Positions 1 through 8,085 of a DNA stretch of 20,248 nt are shown one piece after another (within the stretch, counting starts at the first letter, position 1; each line of letters starts with the position of its first letter). The DNA comes from an archaeon. Lineage in GTDB: Archaea > Iainarchaeota > Iainarchaeia > Iainarchaeales > Iainarchaeaceae. The DNA lies in assembly GCA_038046625.1 (NCBI GenBank), contig JBBSVV010000056.1:1-20248 (forward strand), read 5' to 3'. The notes under the pieces are model-generated. The model did not search any database, was not told where the DNA came from, and was given only the letters and a program-made list of their open reading frames with translations. A program made the position numbers and the translations under genes.

Positions 1-65
1 GCGAAGATAGTACTCGCACCCAACAGCCGAAACTGTTGCGTGTCCACAACCGCGATTTTTTTCAT
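1..65 (-). CDS. ribC: Archaeal riboflavin synthase (RibC), 5' end only, with an apparent 10-aa in-frame insertion
   Basis: Manual translation from ATG at 65: MKKIAVVDT-QQFRLLGAST-IFA. Without the 10 aa it matches the archaeal RibC start K(I/V)GIVDTxFAR. GGAGG Shine-Dalgarno at 73-77 (minus strand); lies directly downstream of riboflavin kinase. Truncated by the window edge. Confidence 0.7.
   Translation of the reverse strand, partial: MKKIAVVDTQQFRLLGASTIF
10..39. repeat. 30-bp miniature palindromic element, copy 1 (inside ribC)
   Basis: gtactcgcacccaacagccgaaactgttgc; stem caacag(21-26)/ctgttg(33-38); 14-38 matches 5983-6025 at 24 of 25 positions apart from an 18-nt insert in the second copy. 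Confidence 0.7.
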
Positions 66-84
66 TTTCTTGCCTCCTTCGGAA

Positions 85-732
85 TCATTTGCGCTCAACC
101 TTCACAATTGAACCGTTTTTTAACGAGAGTTTTTTCCTCAAATTGTGGCGCGCAATGAGTTCCAGAATATTTTTCGGGTGGTTTGTGCGGTGCGGAATTA
201 TCGCGAATGCGTCCACTTTTCCGTTAAGCATGCATGGCCAGCAGTCTATGCCGCCGAAAGTCCTTTGTTTGTCCGTAAAGCCCGCGATTTTTGTCGGCGC
301 CGCAGAAGTGAACACCTCGCGCTGTTCAGGTTCAACCTCGAGGTTTAATGTGCCGGGAAAAATTTCCTTTCCGAACAACTGCTTGAACTGCCTGTTGTAT
401 TCCGGAAGCGAGGTGTAATACGCGCCCTCGCCATGGCCGTCAACAAGCTTTCCGGTGAGCACAAATTTTTTTCCGGAAAAAATTTCCTTGAGTTCGAGGT
501 AAAGCGATTCGAGTTCCGCACGGCCTTTCTGCGTGAACGATACCTCCATCCCCGAAGCGGAAGCGTTTCTCGCGATTATGCCTTCGGTTTCCATTTCGCG
601 CAATTTTCTGGAAATGCTCTGCTGCGAGAACCCCGTCTGCTCCGCGAGCCGCGAGGTTGAGGTTGCCAGTTTCCCGCGCAGCGAGGACTGCTTCGCGAGC
701 AGCATTGCGAGGCCGAGATTTTCCTCTTTCAT
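85..732 (-). CDS. ribK: CTP-dependent riboflavin kinase with N-terminal winged HTH (RbkR/RibK type)
   Basis: Likely start MKEENLG at 732 (the ORF track extends to 1167). HTH STSRLAEQTGFSQQSISRKLREME; kinase motifs GxGEGAYY, FPGTLN, PHRT, ELIA..LR. Confidence 0.92.
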   Translation of the reverse strand: MKEENLGLAMLLAKQSSLRGKLATSTSRLAEQTGFSQQSISRKLREMETEGIIARNASASGMEVSFTQKGRAELESLYLELKEIFSGKKFVLTGKLVDGHGEGAYYTSLPEYNRQFKQLFGKEIFPGTLNLEVEPEQREVFTSAAPTKIAGFTDKQRTFGGIDCWPCMLNGKVDAFAIIPHRTNHPKNILELIARHNLRKKLSLKNGSIVKVERK

Positions 733-823
733 ACCAAAAACGCGCCAGTAACTACTTAAAAATGTGTTGCTTAACGGAAACGGGTTGCAAAACTTTTTTA
801 TTTGCGGACGGCTTCTTTCTTGC

Positions 824-1240
824 ATGGCGAGGCCGAAACGACTGGGAGATCCTAAACCACTCAGCCGAAATTTGGATTCCAGCATCCGGGGCCAGGTTGA
901 CGCTGCAGCAAAGAGGGCGTTCAGAAACACGCCTGGTTTCAGAGGTAACTTCAACCAAAGGAGAGAAGACCATTCGAACAAAATCGGGAATTTTGGTGCA
1001 AGATTCCCAAACGCAAAAAAAACTGTTGATGCAATAAGGCGGCACGTGGCTCTTGAAATAATTGGAACAGGCAGGCTCACAAAGTTCGAAACCACGAACG
1101 ACAAGGCAAGGGAAGCCCTGCATCTCATTGAAAAGGAAAAAACTGCGGAGTGGAAAGCCTTAAACAAAATGTCAAGAGCTCACGGAATTGAATTTCTTTA
1201 TGATGATTGGCTGGTTTTCTTCAAGAAGATGGTGAAGTAG
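824..1240 (+). CDS. Hypothetical basic protein (138 aa)
   Basis: ATG at 824 (MARPKRLG...) lies about 25 nt downstream of a TATA-like ttttttat (794-801), consistent with a leaderless transcript; fills the gap between ribK and mscS; T-run follows the stop. No recognisable domain. Confidence 0.65.
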   Translation: MARPKRLGDPKPLSRNLDSSIRGQVDAAAKRAFRNTPGFRGNFNQRREDHSNKIGNFGARFPNAKKTVDAIRRHVALEIIGTGRLTKFETTNDKAREALHLIEKEKTAEWKALNKMSRAHGIEFLYDDWLVFFKKMVK

Positions 1241-1317
1241 TTTTTAGCCGCAGAAAAGCCAAGCATACCACACAGGAGCCCATGAGAAAGGCTTTGAAGA
1301 ACCGCATCAGCCACAAA

Positions 1318-2409
1318 TCATTTCTTCGCGCTTGGCATCTTCCCTATATAAATGCTCTGCGTCGGGAACGCGAACTCTATGCCCGCTTTCTTGAACTGCT
1401 TCTTTATTTCGAGGTTGATTTCACCCATCACGTGGAATTTTTTCTCGCCGTCCTGGAAATTTTTGATGAAGTAAATCATGCCGATGTTGAGCGAGAAATC
1501 ACCATAATCCTTGAAAGTAATCTGCATATTTTTGTGGTCGGTATCCGGATGGTTTTTCACGGTGTTTTCGAGAATCCGGATTGCCTTCTGCATTTTTTCG
1601 TGCGAGGTTCCATAAGTTACGCCGAGTGTCATTGAAACCTTGCGTGATGGCTCCGCTGAAATGTTCACCATGAGACCCTGCGCCACACTGGAATTCGGAA
1701 GCGTGTTCAATCTGCCTTCAAGGTCGCGGATTCGCGTGTAGCGCAGTCCGATGGATTCAACCGTTCCTTCAACTCCCGCAACCTTCACCATGTCCCCGAC
1801 AACGAAAGGCTTTGAAGTGAAAATGCTTAAGCCGCCGAACAGGTCTTCCACGGTTTTCTGTGCGGCAAAAGCAATCGCGAGGCCGCTGATTCCGAGGCCC
1901 GCAAGCAATGGAAGGACATTGATTCCGAATGATGAGAGTATCACGAGTGCTGAAATGAATATGATGCTTGCCTTCAGCAGCTTTCGTATTACGGGGATGA
2001 ACTGGCCATCGAGCTTTGAATCTGTTTTTGCCGCAAGCGGCATCACAAAGTGCGCTATTATTCCGTCAACTATTTTGAGCGCGAACCACATTATGTCGAG
2101 GATTATGAGCGCCTGGATTGCGTTCATGAAATTACTGGAAATGAAAACAGCGTCAACCGTAAGGAACTGGTAGCCGGCATAGGCGCCTGCAATGAAGCCG
2201 GCAAAAAGCAGCGGTTTTTCAATCGCAATTATCAGCACGTCGTCGAATTCCGTTTCGGTTTTGGAGGCAATTATTGAGCCGTATTTTTTGATGAGGTAGT
2301 AAATGATTTTCGCGCCGATAACGAACCCGATTATTGACAAAAGGAAGAGCCCGTATTGCCCGGGTTCCGAGCCGAAATAGTTCGCGGCCAAAAATAGGTC
2401 TGCAGCCAT
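1318..2409 (-). CDS. mscS: Small-conductance mechanosensitive channel (MscS family)
   Basis: Several TM segments, then LLAGLGISGLAIAFAAQ..., KPFVVGDMV, GTVESIGLRYTRIR, LPNS, and C-terminal GIEFAFPTQSIY. Start chosen at MAADLF (2409). Confidence 0.93.
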   Translation of the reverse strand: MAADLFLAANYFGSEPGQYGLFLLSIIGFVIGAKIIYYLIKKYGSIIASKTETEFDDVLIIAIEKPLLFAGFIAGAYAGYQFLTVDAVFISSNFMNAIQALIILDIMWFALKIVDGIIAHFVMPLAAKTDSKLDGQFIPVIRKLLKASIIFISALVILSSFGINVLPLLAGLGISGLAIAFAAQKTVEDLFGGLSIFTSKPFVVGDMVKVAGVEGTVESIGLRYTRIRDLEGRLNTLPNSSVAQGLMVNISAEPSRKVSMTLGVTYGTSHEKMQKAIRILENTVKNHPDTDHKNMQITFKDYGDFSLNIGMIYFIKNFQDGEKKFHVMGEINLEIKKQFKKAGIEFAFPTQSIYIGKMPSAKK

Positions 2410-2726
2410 GCTTAGTTTTATGTGTTTAATCGTTAAAAAATCTTTGTTGAGGAAATTGTTTCTTTGGGGGGATTGGTTGCCGCGCCCCGAAAAGCAGGCC
2501 TTTCCAGCCATAAAAGGCATTTTGGAGGCAGATTAATAAGAATTTGCCAAAAAAAAGCGGAAATTTCGCACCCTGGTGGTAGTTTTAAATTCCTTTCTAT
2601 AGTCTATTAAGTATTAATTTTGAGCGCACTCGACTTTTTGGCCGGCACGATTTGAATTGAGCCTGAAATCGCTTTGCCGTCAGCTTGTCCGCGCTTGGAA
2701 TGGCATATTTTTGGAGTTTGGTTAGC

Positions 2727-2960
2727 TTGGGGTTGGACAGCATCAGAGGCCATTTTTTGGTTCCTAAGCACGAAATAGTGCAGGAAGACAAAATCAAGGA
2801 ACTGGTGCAGAAGTTCGGTTCCGCTCCCGACAAATTCCCACAGATTCTCAAGGACGACCCTATTGTGCTGGAAATAGGCGCAAAAAGGGGCGATGTAATC
2901 AAAATCACCCGAAACAGCCCCACAGCCGGGCAATGCAGTTACTACAGGGTTGTGGCTTGA
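2727..2960 (+). CDS. rpoH: DNA-directed RNA polymerase subunit H (Rpo5)
   Basis: HFLVPKHEI...FPQILKDDP...GDVIKITRNSPTAG..YYRVV. Start uncertain (ATG 2700 or TTG 2718/2727/2733). Confidence 0.95.
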   Translation: MGLDSIRGHFLVPKHEIVQEDKIKELVQKFGSAPDKFPQILKDDPIVLEIGAKRGDVIKITRNSPTAGQCSYYRVVA

Positions 2961-5939
2961 ATGCTGGACGGCTGGGCACTCATCAATTCTTACTTCAGGA
3001 CCAAGAATATTTCGCAGATGGAAATCGACAGCTTCAACCAGTTTATTGACAAGAAGCTGCCTGAAATAATCCGCGAGAACAATGAGGTTACCCCAAAAAT
3101 CGAGGAGGTTCGCGTTGAATTCGAGAAGATTGAAGTTTTGAGGCCGCGCATTGTCGAGGCCGATGGGAGCATCAGGAACGAATTTTATCCTTTGGAAGCG
3201 AGGCTCAGGAACAGGACTTATTCATCGCCCATTTATTTGACAATGAGGCTTTTGAGGCGCGACGTGGAGCAGGACAAGAAGAAAACGCATGTAGGCGAAT
3301 TGCCGATAATGCTGAAGAGCAACCGCTGCTGGCTCTCCGGAAAAACCGGGCAGGAGCTCATTGAAATGGGCGAGGACCCGATGGACTTCGGGGGTTATTT
3401 CATAATCAACGGCTCGGAAAAAGCGTTGATGACGCAGGAAGTGCTTGCCTCGGATCGCGTAATTGTTTCAGACCAGCTTGACAAGATTGTTGCTGAAGTA
3501 ATAAGCACAAGAGGGGCGTTCAAGGGGCGGGTCAGGATAATCAGGGGCGCGGACGGGATGCTCAACGTAACATTTCCTGCCTCGCCGAGAAAACTCAAGC
3601 TCTTTGTATTGCTGAAGGCGCTCGGATTGAAGAGCGCTCAGGCAATAAGGGAGGCATTCATTGACCAAACAGAAATACAGAATGATGTTTTGATCAACAT
3701 CGAGAATCTCCTCGTGAAGAGCGAAAAGGAAGCATTGGACAAAATCGGGAAATTCGTTGCGCCGGGACAGGTTGAAGAGTACAGGCTTAGGAGAGCGCAG
3801 GAAGTAATTGACGCGTTTTTGCTGCCGCACATCGGCCAGGACCAGAAGAACAGGCTCGCGAAGGCATACTACTTGGTCATGATGGCCACAAAGGCAATTG
3901 AACGCGCTTATAATTTGAGGGTTGAGGACGACAAGGACCATTACGCGAACAAGCGCCTTGAACTTTCCGGAAAATTAATGGAGCATTTGTTCAGGTACAG
4001 CTTCAAGTACTTCATCAAGGATTTGAAATTCCAGATTGACCGCACAGTTACAAGGAGAAGGAAGCTCAACATTTCAACTATTGTGAGGCCGGGCGCGGTT
4101 TCCGAAAGGATAAGGTTTGCAATGAGCACGGGCAACTGGATCGGGCGCGCAACCGGAGTTTCAAAGTTCATGGACCGCGTGAATTACCTTTCGCCTTTGA
4201 CTGATTTGAGGAAAGTAAAGAGCCCTTTGGACAAGAACCGCGAGCTTTATGAAGCAAGGGACGTGCACGGAACCCATTGGGGGCGCTTGTGCCCGATTGA
4301 GACTCCGGACGGGCCTCAATGCGTTACGCCTGACACTGAAATGACGCTTGCGAGCGGGGAAAAGGTCACGATTGCACAGTATGGGACAATGTGGAAAGAG
4401 CATAAGGTAGCGGCGCTTGACTGGCAAAGCAAGACGGAGGCAGATGCCAACACCACAAGGTTCCTTAGTATGGAGCCACGCAAAAAGGTGGTAGAACTTA
4501 CTACAACAGAAACAGGAAGAAAAATAACCGCAACGATCGACCACCCATTCTATTCGGAACGCGTGGGCAAGACCGAACTCGAAAACCTTAAGGCAGGTGA
4601 CAGGGTGGCAGTGATGCCGGCAAACCACATTCAATTCGAAAAACCTGAAGGCAGAATAATACTCTCTGCACAAGACATCATATCCGCATGCCCACCAAAA
4701 ACCGATATTGAAATGACACTCACAACACTTGCAGAAAAAGGATTAGTGCCATTGCATGACAACGACCAGAGGCTTCTTGCACTTACAAGGCTGCTTGGGC
4801 ATGCATTTGGGGATGGTTCACTCACAATTTCAATGAAAAAACATAAATCGGCATGCACCACCGTGTTCAGTGGCACTGAACCCGATCTAGAGGAAATCCG
4901 CAAAGACCTTGCCATATTAGGTTTCAGTGCATCAAAGCAAAGTGTTTACAGGAAGGAATCAGTGCTCAGCGACGGCAGGAAGATATCAGGGCTAAGCAGG
5001 AGAATGGACTGCTATTCAAAGCCATTCTGGATTCTCCTGCATGCACTTGGAGCCCCTGCAGGGGACAAGGCTACACAGGAAATGCACGTGCCACATTGGA
5101 TTGATGGGCAGAGGAAAATCATTGTGAAAGAGTTCTTGGCATCATACTTTGGCAGTGAAATGACAACGCCGACAGTGGACAAGAGGGATGGAAAAACGTT
5201 GCTGCAACCAGTGTTTTCGCTGAACAAAGTCGCTGGACTTACTCAGAACGGCATCGCATTTGTTGAGGAAATAAAAGGATTGCTTTCAAAATTTGGGATT
5301 GAAATGGCAAGCACGAAAATAGTTTACGGTACCACTAGGAAAAATGGAATCCAAACAAGGAAAATCAAGGCAAAGCTCAAGGGGAACCTTGAAAACCTCC
5401 TGAAGCTTTACGGGACAATATCGTTCAACTACTGTGCCAAGAGGAAGAGCCTTGCAAGAATTACTTACTCTTATCTCCAACACAAGAAATTCTCTGCTGA
5501 AAACAGGGCAGGTATGATGGAGCAGGCCATTTCACTGCACAGCAACGGGGCTAGCGTTTCACAAATAACAAGAAAGTTTGCAGGAGAACTCAGAAACCAC
5601 GATGTCATGAACTGGGTAAAGGCAACCAGGAAAGGCAGGCAGGCCAAGGCAAGGGTTTCGGAGATTGACTTCCCGAAGTTCAACGACTGGATAAGGGAGC
5701 ACGCAATCAGCGAAAATGGTATGATGTGGGAAACAATTGGCAGCATCGTGGAAGCACAGGCAACAAAAGTCATGGACATAACCACGCTCGAGGATTACCA
5801 TAATTTCTTCGCGAACGGATTCCTCACTGGCAATTGTGGCCTTGTGAAAAACCTTGCCTTGCTCGCGGAAGTCACAACCGAAAATGACGAGGAGCCCGTT
5901 GAAAAATTATTGAAGGACATGGGAGTGAAGTTGAAATGA
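2961..5939 (+). CDS. rpoB2: RNA polymerase subunit B'' (Rpo2N), intein-containing precursor (992 aa; 487 aa after splicing)
   Basis: YPLEARLRNRTYSSP, GGYFIINGSEK, DDKDHYANKRL, HWGRLCPIETPDGPQ|intein|CGLVKNLALLA. Confidence 0.96.
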   Translation: MLDGWALINSYFRTKNISQMEIDSFNQFIDKKLPEIIRENNEVTPKIEEVRVEFEKIEVLRPRIVEADGSIRNEFYPLEARLRNRTYSSPIYLTMRLLRRDVEQDKKKTHVGELPIMLKSNRCWLSGKTGQELIEMGEDPMDFGGYFIINGSEKALMTQEVLASDRVIVSDQLDKIVAEVISTRGAFKGRVRIIRGADGMLNVTFPASPRKLKLFVLLKALGLKSAQAIREAFIDQTEIQNDVLINIENLLVKSEKEALDKIGKFVAPGQVEEYRLRRAQEVIDAFLLPHIGQDQKNRLAKAYYLVMMATKAIERAYNLRVEDDKDHYANKRLELSGKLMEHLFRYSFKYFIKDLKFQIDRTVTRRRKLNISTIVRPGAVSERIRFAMSTGNWIGRATGVSKFMDRVNYLSPLTDLRKVKSPLDKNRELYEARDVHGTHWGRLCPIETPDGPQCVTPDTEMTLASGEKVTIAQYGTMWKEHKVAALDWQSKTEADANTTRFLSMEPRKKVVELTTTETGRKITATIDHPFYSERVGKTELENLKAGDRVAVMPANHIQFEKPEGRIILSAQDIISACPPKTDIEMTLTTLAEKGLVPLHDNDQRLLALTRLLGHAFGDGSLTISMKKHKSACTTVFSGTEPDLEEIRKDLAILGFSASKQSVYRKESVLSDGRKISGLSRRMDCYSKPFWILLHALGAPAGDKATQEMHVPHWIDGQRKIIVKEFLASYFGSEMTTPTVDKRDGKTLLQPVFSLNKVAGLTQNGIAFVEEIKGLLSKFGIEMASTKIVYGTTRKNGIQTRKIKAKLKGNLENLLKLYGTISFNYCAKRKSLARITYSYLQHKKFSAENRAGMMEQAISLHSNGASVSQITRKFAGELRNHDVMNWVKATRKGRQAKARVSEIDFPKFNDWIREHAISENGMMWETIGSIVEAQATKVMDITTLEDYHNFFANGFLTGNCGLVKNLALLAEVTTENDEEPVEKLLKDMGVKLK
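4320..5834 (+). mobile_element. Intein with LAGLIDADG-type homing endonuclease in RpoB'' (505 aa, Cys1...Gly-Asn, +1 Cys)
   Basis: Block A CVTPDTEM; block B ITATIDHPF; endonuclease motifs LLGHAFGDG and FLASYFGSE; blocks F/G VMDITT..HNFFANGFLTGN/C. Removal restores ETPDGPQ-CGLVKN. Confidence 0.95.
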
Positions 5940-5940
5940 T

Positions 5941-6025
5941 TACGGCGAGCGGAGCGAGCATGGTCCTGCGAAGCAGGATCAGTCGTACCCAACAGCCGCG
6001 AAGTCCTCGAAGAGGGAAACTGTTG
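5941..6025. repeat. Composite nested-hairpin element between rpoB'' and rpoB' (contains copy 2 of the mini-element)
   Basis: tacggc(5941-46)/gtcgta(5982-87) encloses the hairpin tggtcctgc-GAA-gcaggatca; caacag(5990-95)/ctgttg(6020-25) encloses cctc-GAA-gagg; shares sequence with 14-38. Confidence 0.7.
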
Positions 6026-6036
6026 TGGTGATGGTT

Positions 6037-7860
6037 ATGGTGTCTGAAGCGAAGAATGCAAAGGTTTACATCAATGGAAGGCTGATTGGGTTCCATAGCG
6101 ACCCGATAAAGCTCACGCGCGAAATAATCGGCAGGAGAAGGGAAAGCAAAATCTCCGCGCAGATAAATGTGGCGTACCACGAGGACACCAACGAGGTTTA
6201 CATCAACACAGACGCGGGCCGTGTCCAGAGGCCGCTGCTTGTTGTCGAAAACGGAAAAATAAGGATGAAAGAGGAGCACGTGAAGCAGCTCAATGAGGGA
6301 AAGCTCGCTTGGAAAGACCTCATTGAACAGGGCCTCGTCGAATATTTGGATTCTGAAGAGGAGGAGAATGCGTTCATTGCCTCAAAGGAAGAGGAGCTTT
6401 CAAAGGAGCACACCCACCTTGAAATCAGCGGTGCCACGATTCTGAGCATAATCAGCAGCATGGTCCCCTTCCTCGAGCATGACATGGTGGGAAAGGTCCT
6501 GCACGGCGCAAAAATGTTCAAGCAGGCGCAGGGGTTCGGCGCGGCCAACTTCGGATTGAGGACGGACACAGAGGGGTTCTTTTTGTACTATCCACAGAAG
6601 TCGCTCGTCAAGACAAAAACAATGGACGTTATAGGAATTGACCAGAGGCCGGAGATACAGAATTTCGTGGTTGCAATAATGCCATTCTACGGCTTCAACA
6701 TTCTGGACGCAATAATTCTGAATAAAGGCGCTGTCGACAGGGGCTTGGGAAGAAGCACTTATTTCAGGACTTATGAGAGCGCGGAGAACCGCTATCCGGG
6801 GGGCCAGATTGACAAGTTCGAGATTCCTCCCGAGGACACAATCGGGTTTTTGGGCGAGGAATCCTACAAGAAGCTGGGCGCCGACGGTTTTGTGCAGCCC
6901 GAATCGTTTGTCGGGGAAAACGAAATAATTGTGGGAATAACTTCTCCGCCGAGATTTTTGGAGGAGATTAACGAGTTCGGTGTCGTGCAGGAAAAAAGAA
7001 GGGACGCGAGCATAAGCATCAGGAAAGGAAAGGAAGGGCACGTGGACAAGGTTTTTGTAACGGAATCCGAATCAGGAAACAAGCTCGTGAAGGTAAAGGT
7101 CAGGAGCGAGAGGGTCCCTGCTTTGGGCGACAAGTTCAGTTCGAGGCACGGGCAGAAAGGCGTTGTAGGATTGATTGTTCCGGAGGAAGACATGCCTTTT
7201 ACTCCGGATGGAATAAAGCCGGACCTGATTTTGAATCCGCACTCGCTTCCAAGCAGGATGACAATCGGGCACATGATTGAAATGCTGGGCGGAAAGGCTG
7301 CAGCCATGAAGGGGATGCACATTGACGGAACGCCTTTTGAAGGAACGAAAGAGGAAGAGATTGAGAAGATGCTTGATGAGGCCGGATTCAAGAAGAACGG
7401 CCGCGAAGTATTCTATGACGGGACAACCGGCAAGAGAATCAACGCAGAAATTTTTACAGGGATTGTCGCTTACAGGAGGCTGTTCCACATGACCGCGCAC
7501 AAGATACAATCAAGGGCAAAGGGGCCTGTGCAGATACTCACGAGGCAGCCGACAGAAGGAAAGGAAAAGGAAGGCGGGCTCAGGTTTGGAGAAATGGAAG
7601 GCGAAACTTTGGTCGGGCACGGCGCGGCCATGCTTCTGCAGGAAAAATTCATTGACGATTCTGACAAAGTCACCATGTGGGTTTCGGAAACCGCGGGAGT
7701 AATAGGCTTTGAGGACCAGATAAGGAAAACCAGGCGCGTGCTCGAGGCGAGCGACAGCAAGATTTACGCGGTTGAAATGAGCTACGGATTCAAATTGCTT
7801 TTGGATGAGTTGAAGGCTTTGGGAGTTTACCCGAAACTGATATTGAAGGACAAGGTGTGA
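6037..7860 (+). CDS. rpoB1: RNA polymerase subunit B' (Rpo2C)
   Basis: KVYINGRLIG, TDAGRVQRPL, GDKFSSRHGQKG, PDLILNPHSLPSRMTIG, RQPTEG..GGLRFGEME. Start at ATG 6037 after SD ggtgat (6027-6032). Confidence 0.96.
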   Translation: MVSEAKNAKVYINGRLIGFHSDPIKLTREIIGRRRESKISAQINVAYHEDTNEVYINTDAGRVQRPLLVVENGKIRMKEEHVKQLNEGKLAWKDLIEQGLVEYLDSEEEENAFIASKEEELSKEHTHLEISGATILSIISSMVPFLEHDMVGKVLHGAKMFKQAQGFGAANFGLRTDTEGFFLYYPQKSLVKTKTMDVIGIDQRPEIQNFVVAIMPFYGFNILDAIILNKGAVDRGLGRSTYFRTYESAENRYPGGQIDKFEIPPEDTIGFLGEESYKKLGADGFVQPESFVGENEIIVGITSPPRFLEEINEFGVVQEKRRDASISIRKGKEGHVDKVFVTESESGNKLVKVKVRSERVPALGDKFSSRHGQKGVVGLIVPEEDMPFTPDGIKPDLILNPHSLPSRMTIGHMIEMLGGKAAAMKGMHIDGTPFEGTKEEEIEKMLDEAGFKKNGREVFYDGTTGKRINAEIFTGIVAYRRLFHMTAHKIQSRAKGPVQILTRQPTEGKEKEGGLRFGEMEGETLVGHGAAMLLQEKFIDDSDKVTMWVSETAGVIGFEDQIRKTRRVLEASDSKIYAVEMSYGFKLLLDELKALGVYPKLILKDKV

Positions 7861-8079
7861 ATGATGAATTTGAAACCAGGAAAATTGAACAGTGCAATTG
7901 GAATAATTGCGTTCATTATCACATGGATAATTGTCGGAAATTTCAATCAGATTTGCACTAAGTTGTACCCTAGTACATGTGGACCTGAAATTTATTCGAC
8001 AACTATTATTGCGTTAATTGCAGGAATCATAGCGTACTTGATTGGAAGCATTTTTGAAAAGGAAAAAGGGAAGATGTGA
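7861..8079 (+). CDS. Small hypothetical membrane protein (72 aa, two TM helices, Cys pair in the loop)
   Basis: Exactly fills the rpoB'-rpoA' gap. Hydrophobic AIGIIAFIITWIIVG and TTIIALIAGIIAYLIGSIF flank QICTKLYPSTCGPE; visibly AT-richer than neighbours. Confidence 0.75.
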   Translation: MMNLKPGKLNSAIGIIAFIITWIIVGNFNQICTKLYPSTCGPEIYSTTIIALIAGIIAYLIGSIFEKEKGKM

Positions 8080-8085
8080 TTGGAA

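Noticed and set aside
733..1167. 145-aa N-terminal extension of riboflavin kinase in the ORF track
   Set aside because: It is the antisense of the 824-1240 ORF and promoter region; the HTH-kinase starts naturally at 732.
2410..2520. Upstream extension of the MscS ORF
   Set aside because: Runs through AT-rich promoter-like sequence; Met at 2409 is the more plausible start.
5941..6025. Hammerhead ribozyme or tRNA in the structured spacer
   Set aside because: GAAAC is present but there is no CUGANGA core on either strand, and no cloverleaf or T-loop motif.
5937..6039. Split of rpoB into B'' and B' as a novelty or frameshift
   Set aside because: The split at this position is well known in several archaeal lineages; only the spacer content is unusual.
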